This document shows, piece after piece, positions 59,915 through 64,000 of a stretch of 64,000 nucleotides of DNA. Numbering within the stretch: position 1 is the first letter of the stretch; the number at the start of each line of letters is the position of its first letter. The translations under genes and the position numbers were made by a program. The stretch is from Chiloscyllium plagiosum (taxonomy: Eukaryota). Location: NCBI RefSeq assembly GCF_004010195.1, contig NC_057720.1:33677503-33741502 (forward strand), read 5' to 3'. The notes beneath the pieces were generated by a model. That model was not told the origin of the DNA, made no database searches, and was given only the letters and a program-made list of their open reading frames with translations.

Positions 59915-60125
59915 AATAAAACTGCAGACACTGGACATCTGAAACACAAACACAGAAATTGCTGGAGAAACTCAGCAGGCCTCTTGGCATCTCTGTTGTG
60001 AAAACAGAATTAACATTTTAAATCCAGAATTGTTTTGAAGAAGCACTACTGGATCCAAACATTGACTCTGTTTTCTTTCCAGGGACCTGCTGATTGTCTC
60101 CAGCAGTTTCTGCTTTTGTGTTTTT
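59915..60125. mobile_element. Old inverted pair of PLE termini
   Basis: cagaaattgctggagaaactcagcagg ... cctgctgattgtctccagcagtttctg; decayed tgaagaa...aaacattgac core. Confidence 0.65.
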
Positions 60126-61469
60126 ACACATTTAAATATATAGGGCTTGAACCCAGGCCTCCTTGTCCAGAGACAGGAACACTGCCACTGGATCAGCAGA
60201 GCCCCTGTATTGGCTTTATTAATATTAATATTTTCTAATTAATCTGTTCAGAGTTGTTATTACCCACCTCTGGAGCAGAGTTCCAGCTCTAGCTCAGAGG
60301 TAGCAACACCACGTCTACACTACAAGGAATTTATCAGTTGGATTTATTAGTGACAATCTTAGAATTCTTTTCCTACAAATGCGTGATTTATGTCTACTGT
60401 TTCATAATGATATTTCAGACTTATCAGGTCATATTGAACATTCACTTTTTTTAATGAAGTGAGCCCAACCTGTTCAGCCAATCCTTTTGGTTTAACTCCT
60501 CTCCATTCTGAGTGGTTCTGAGATAGAAAGAACCAAGATGGCTGGGCAGGCATAGCACTGTTTTCCCAGCTGCTCTTGCTAGGCTTGTAGGAATATTCAT
60601 CAAGTATACCAGACAAATTAATTCCGCATCAAGGATCTGTCTAGGATTTATTACCCAGTCTATGCTAAGGACTTAATGATGCTTAAATTTGGCTCACCAA
60701 ACAGTAGTATTGCTGAAAAAAGACATGTTTTTGTCAATGGTTTTTTTCTTGTATTCATCAGTATAATTCAGAAGAATTAGAAAGCAAAGGGAAAACAGCA
60801 CTTATGCTACCAAATTACTATTTGTCATCAAACTGTATTGCATTAACCACTTTGAATCATATAAGCATTTATATAACCAACTTCCCATCATTATCTATTG
60901 AGTGACTGAATAAACCCTTGCCAAATATTACAGAAACAGTCAGGCAAGTCATAAGTTAACAAATGTTTATAAACTATAGAATCATAATTATCAGCAGCTA
61001 AACATTTTCAATGAAAGTAATTAGTAAATAAGGTTAATTGATTAAATATAAGGCTACAGAGTTGATTATTTTCTTTTACAGTGGTTCAGCATTAATTTTG
61101 TGCTAATACAAATTGACAGTTGGCATTTATGCTTCAGGATTGATCTTAAATGCTGAGATTATTTTGAATTAGGACTTCTAAAAAAGATAAAATGATAAAT
61201 GGCACTTTAATACTGTGAATTTACAATATTGTTGGTATTAAAGTTTGGTGATGCTTCGAAACCTTTAGTACCTTCACTTTGAGTTAACATGGATGAACAG
61301 TTTGCTTTACCTTCTTCATCTTTGCTGCCTGTTTTATTTGCTTCTCTCCAAGTTAGATTCAGCTCCTGCACAAACATTTGAAATAGAACCACATGCCATA
61401 AGTTTGCTTGATCTCAGGGATTTTAGAAATTTTTAATGGCACATTTTTGTCTGGCTGATGTAACTGTAC

Positions 61470-62530
61470 AGCCTTTAAATATGTAAAAAGGAAGAGAGAG
61501 ATTAAAGTGAACAGAGACCCCTTAGAAAAAGGATCTCGGAAGTCATTTATGGGGAATGAGGAAATGGCAGAGACGTTAAATAGATATTTTGCATCAGTCA
61601 TCACGGTGGAAGCTATTTTGAACATCCCATCAATGCTAAAGAATACGGGGGAGGAATTAGGTACTGTTGCCATTATTAGAGAAATAGTATTAGACAAACT
61701 AATGGGGCAAAAGGCAGGTAAATCCCCTGGCCCAAATGACTTGTATCCTTGGATTCTAAAAGAGGTAGCTACAGAGGTACTGGGTGCTTTGGTTGTAATT
61801 AGTCAAAAATCCTCGGATGTTAGCGAAATACCACAGGATTGGAAAAAATATTCAGAGGGGAGGGAGGCAAAAAGCAGGTAATTAAAGGCTGATCAACCTA
61901 ACATCTATTGTTGGAGAAGTATTGAATCAATTACTGAGGAGGTCAGCATGGCTTCATGAAAGGGAAGTCGTGAAGACTAATTTATTAGAGCTTTTTGAGG
62001 AAGTCTCACAGTAGATAGAGGGATTGAATGGATGTGTTTTATTGGGATTTCCAGACAGAATTCAATAGCATATGTCACAAAGGGTTAAGTCATAAGAGCT
62101 CTGGTGTTGTGGATAGTAAATTGGCATGGATAGAGAATTGGCTAATGGACAGGAAACAGCAAGTGGAGAATAGGGTTTCCTTTTCAGTATGGTAACCTGT
62201 GACCTGTGGGGTTCCACAGGAATCAGTGCTGGGACCACAATTGTTTGCAGAATACATTAACAAGTTGGAGGAAGGAAGCAAATGTATTATAGCCGTATTT
62301 GCAGACAATACAAAAATAGGTGGAATGGTAAATTGCAATGCAAACAGTTTTCAGAGAGATATTGATAGGTTAGGCAGGTGGACAGAAGTTGGCAAATGGA
62401 GTACAATGTGGGAAAATGTTGATGTTCATTTTTGAAGGGAGGACAAAAGAACAGAATATTATTTAAATTAAGAAAAGCTGCAGAAAGCTGCAATGCAAGG
62501 TAACTTTGGTGTACATGTGCACAAAACACA
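61470..62530 (+). mobile_element. Old CR1 LINE RT fragment
   Basis: KSPGPNDLYPWILKE, GVPQESVLGPQLF, FADNTK. Confidence 0.85.
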
Positions 62531-63589
62531 GGAAGGATTATAACTTCTCAATGGATGAGACCATGAAGATAGAAATGGCACTCCAGCTGCATAGAGCAGG
62601 TTGTAATGGCTTCCTTACACTCTAGGCAATTTACCTACATTTGCCTATGATGTGATAATCTTTGGAACCTTTGAAGGGGAAGTTCAGGTGACTATTTTCT
62701 TTTCATTGCAAAGAATGAACATTTCTTTGTTCAGAATATTTCTGTCTGCATGCCATCCTCAGTCTCACTGCATCCATTTGCATCCGGACATGTCGTGTTG
62801 TTTGTTGCAATTATAGCTCAGAGCAGACATCTTATGTATAGTCCCTCCGGAGCTCCCTCATGTAACCTGTAGCTTTACACTGTTTGCTTTTATGCTCTGA
62901 CCCTTTCTCAAGGATGGCAAAAATTCAGAGAGGCAGCTCAGCTTTATTAAATATTCTGAAAGCTAGTGAGGAACAACCAAGGATCAAAAATGCTGTAGGC
63001 ACAATGGATGATTGAGCTAGTGAGGTCGGCAACAGGCCTTAAACCGTGCTCGTTGATGCTGATGTTCAAGGTGTTTGGACAAGCAGGACTGTTTGTTTCC
63101 ATTCTAATACCAACACTGATTTAAACCTTTAATCAATGCAAAACGGGCTGATGAGACAACTAAATTCTCCAGAATTATTTTTACTTTTACCTTTCCCTTT
63201 GTATGTACACTAATTACCATGTCTGTTACATCAATATTCTTTTTGTCTGCTGTGCATTAATTAGATATGTATTGATCTTCTGTAATGTACTTGAATTCTA
63301 CGGTTCTTCTGAAATGAGAAAAGTATGCATTAGATTTGCGAGATGGATCATTATTTGCATTAAGTAGAATGATACTGTCAATATGCAGCTTCAAAAGGAA
63401 ATAATGATGGAGGTGTGATCTCTCACTATTGAGTTCAGAATCTCAGCAGCAAAACCGCTGTGCCCTTTTCTAGAGGGATAATTAAAGCTGAGTTATCACT
63501 GCTCTTGTATGCTTTCCAGTAGAAGGCCGGGGTGTAAGTTACCTATTTTTAAGCGACTCTTATATGAAGGTTAATCACTGGAGAATGAA

Positions 63590-64000
63590 GGGTGAGCTGG
63601 AAGGATTCAAGTTCATACATAGAGTTCCTAGTTCTTCATTCACTGGGTTGATTCTGGTGTTAAGGGGATTGGTTTATGAGGAGAGATTGAGTGGACTGCG
63701 ATTATATTCATTGGAATTTAGAAGAATGGGGGGGCTCTTATAGAAACATATAAAATTATGAAGGGAATAGATAAGATAGACATAGAGAGGATGTTTCCAC
63801 TAGCGGGTGAAACTAGGACAAGCGGTCATAGCCTCAAAATTTTCTTGATTTGAGAAGGAACTTCGTCACCCAAAGGGTTGTGAATCTGCGGAATTCCCTG
63901 CCCAATGAAGTAGTTGAGGTGTCCGCATTGAATTTTTTAAAGCTAAAATAGATAATTCCTTTACTGTTCAAAAAAATTAAGGGTTATGCTGAGAGGGTGG
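63590..64000 (+). mobile_element. CR1 LINE C-terminal fragment, runs off window end
   Basis: LVYEERLSGLRLYSLEFRRM, LIETYKIMKGID, RVVNLRNSLP. Confidence 0.85.

Overview
Repeat-dense vertebrate DNA with no recognisable host gene. It is almost certainly elasmobranch (shark), judging by the HE1-type V-SINEs and their partner CR1 LINEs. Most ORF-track entries are decayed retroelement fragments, SINE read-throughs or frames running through N gaps. The window is a layered record of mobile elements: two CR1-clade LINE families (one near full length with ORF1), each with a SINE sharing its 3' tail; Penelope-like elements (PLEs) of Neptune and Poseidon type; a Rex1/Babar 3' end; three Tigger/pogo-type MITEs; a decayed Gypsy gag-pro relic; several LTR-like segments; and a polyadenylated retrocopy. 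The strongest non-obvious signal is a set of PLE-terminal minimal hammerhead ribozyme motifs with at least four different self-complementary stem II sequences. These include two tiny TSD-flanked hammerhead-bearing insertions, one a perfect 95-bp-arm palindrome (45420-45610). A young LTR plus leader (30223-30759) replaces the endonuclease region of a young PLE. PLE hammerheads are a known class, so any novelty lies in these particular mini-insertions and families, not in a new system. Boundaries of old elements are approximate, and no database search was possible.
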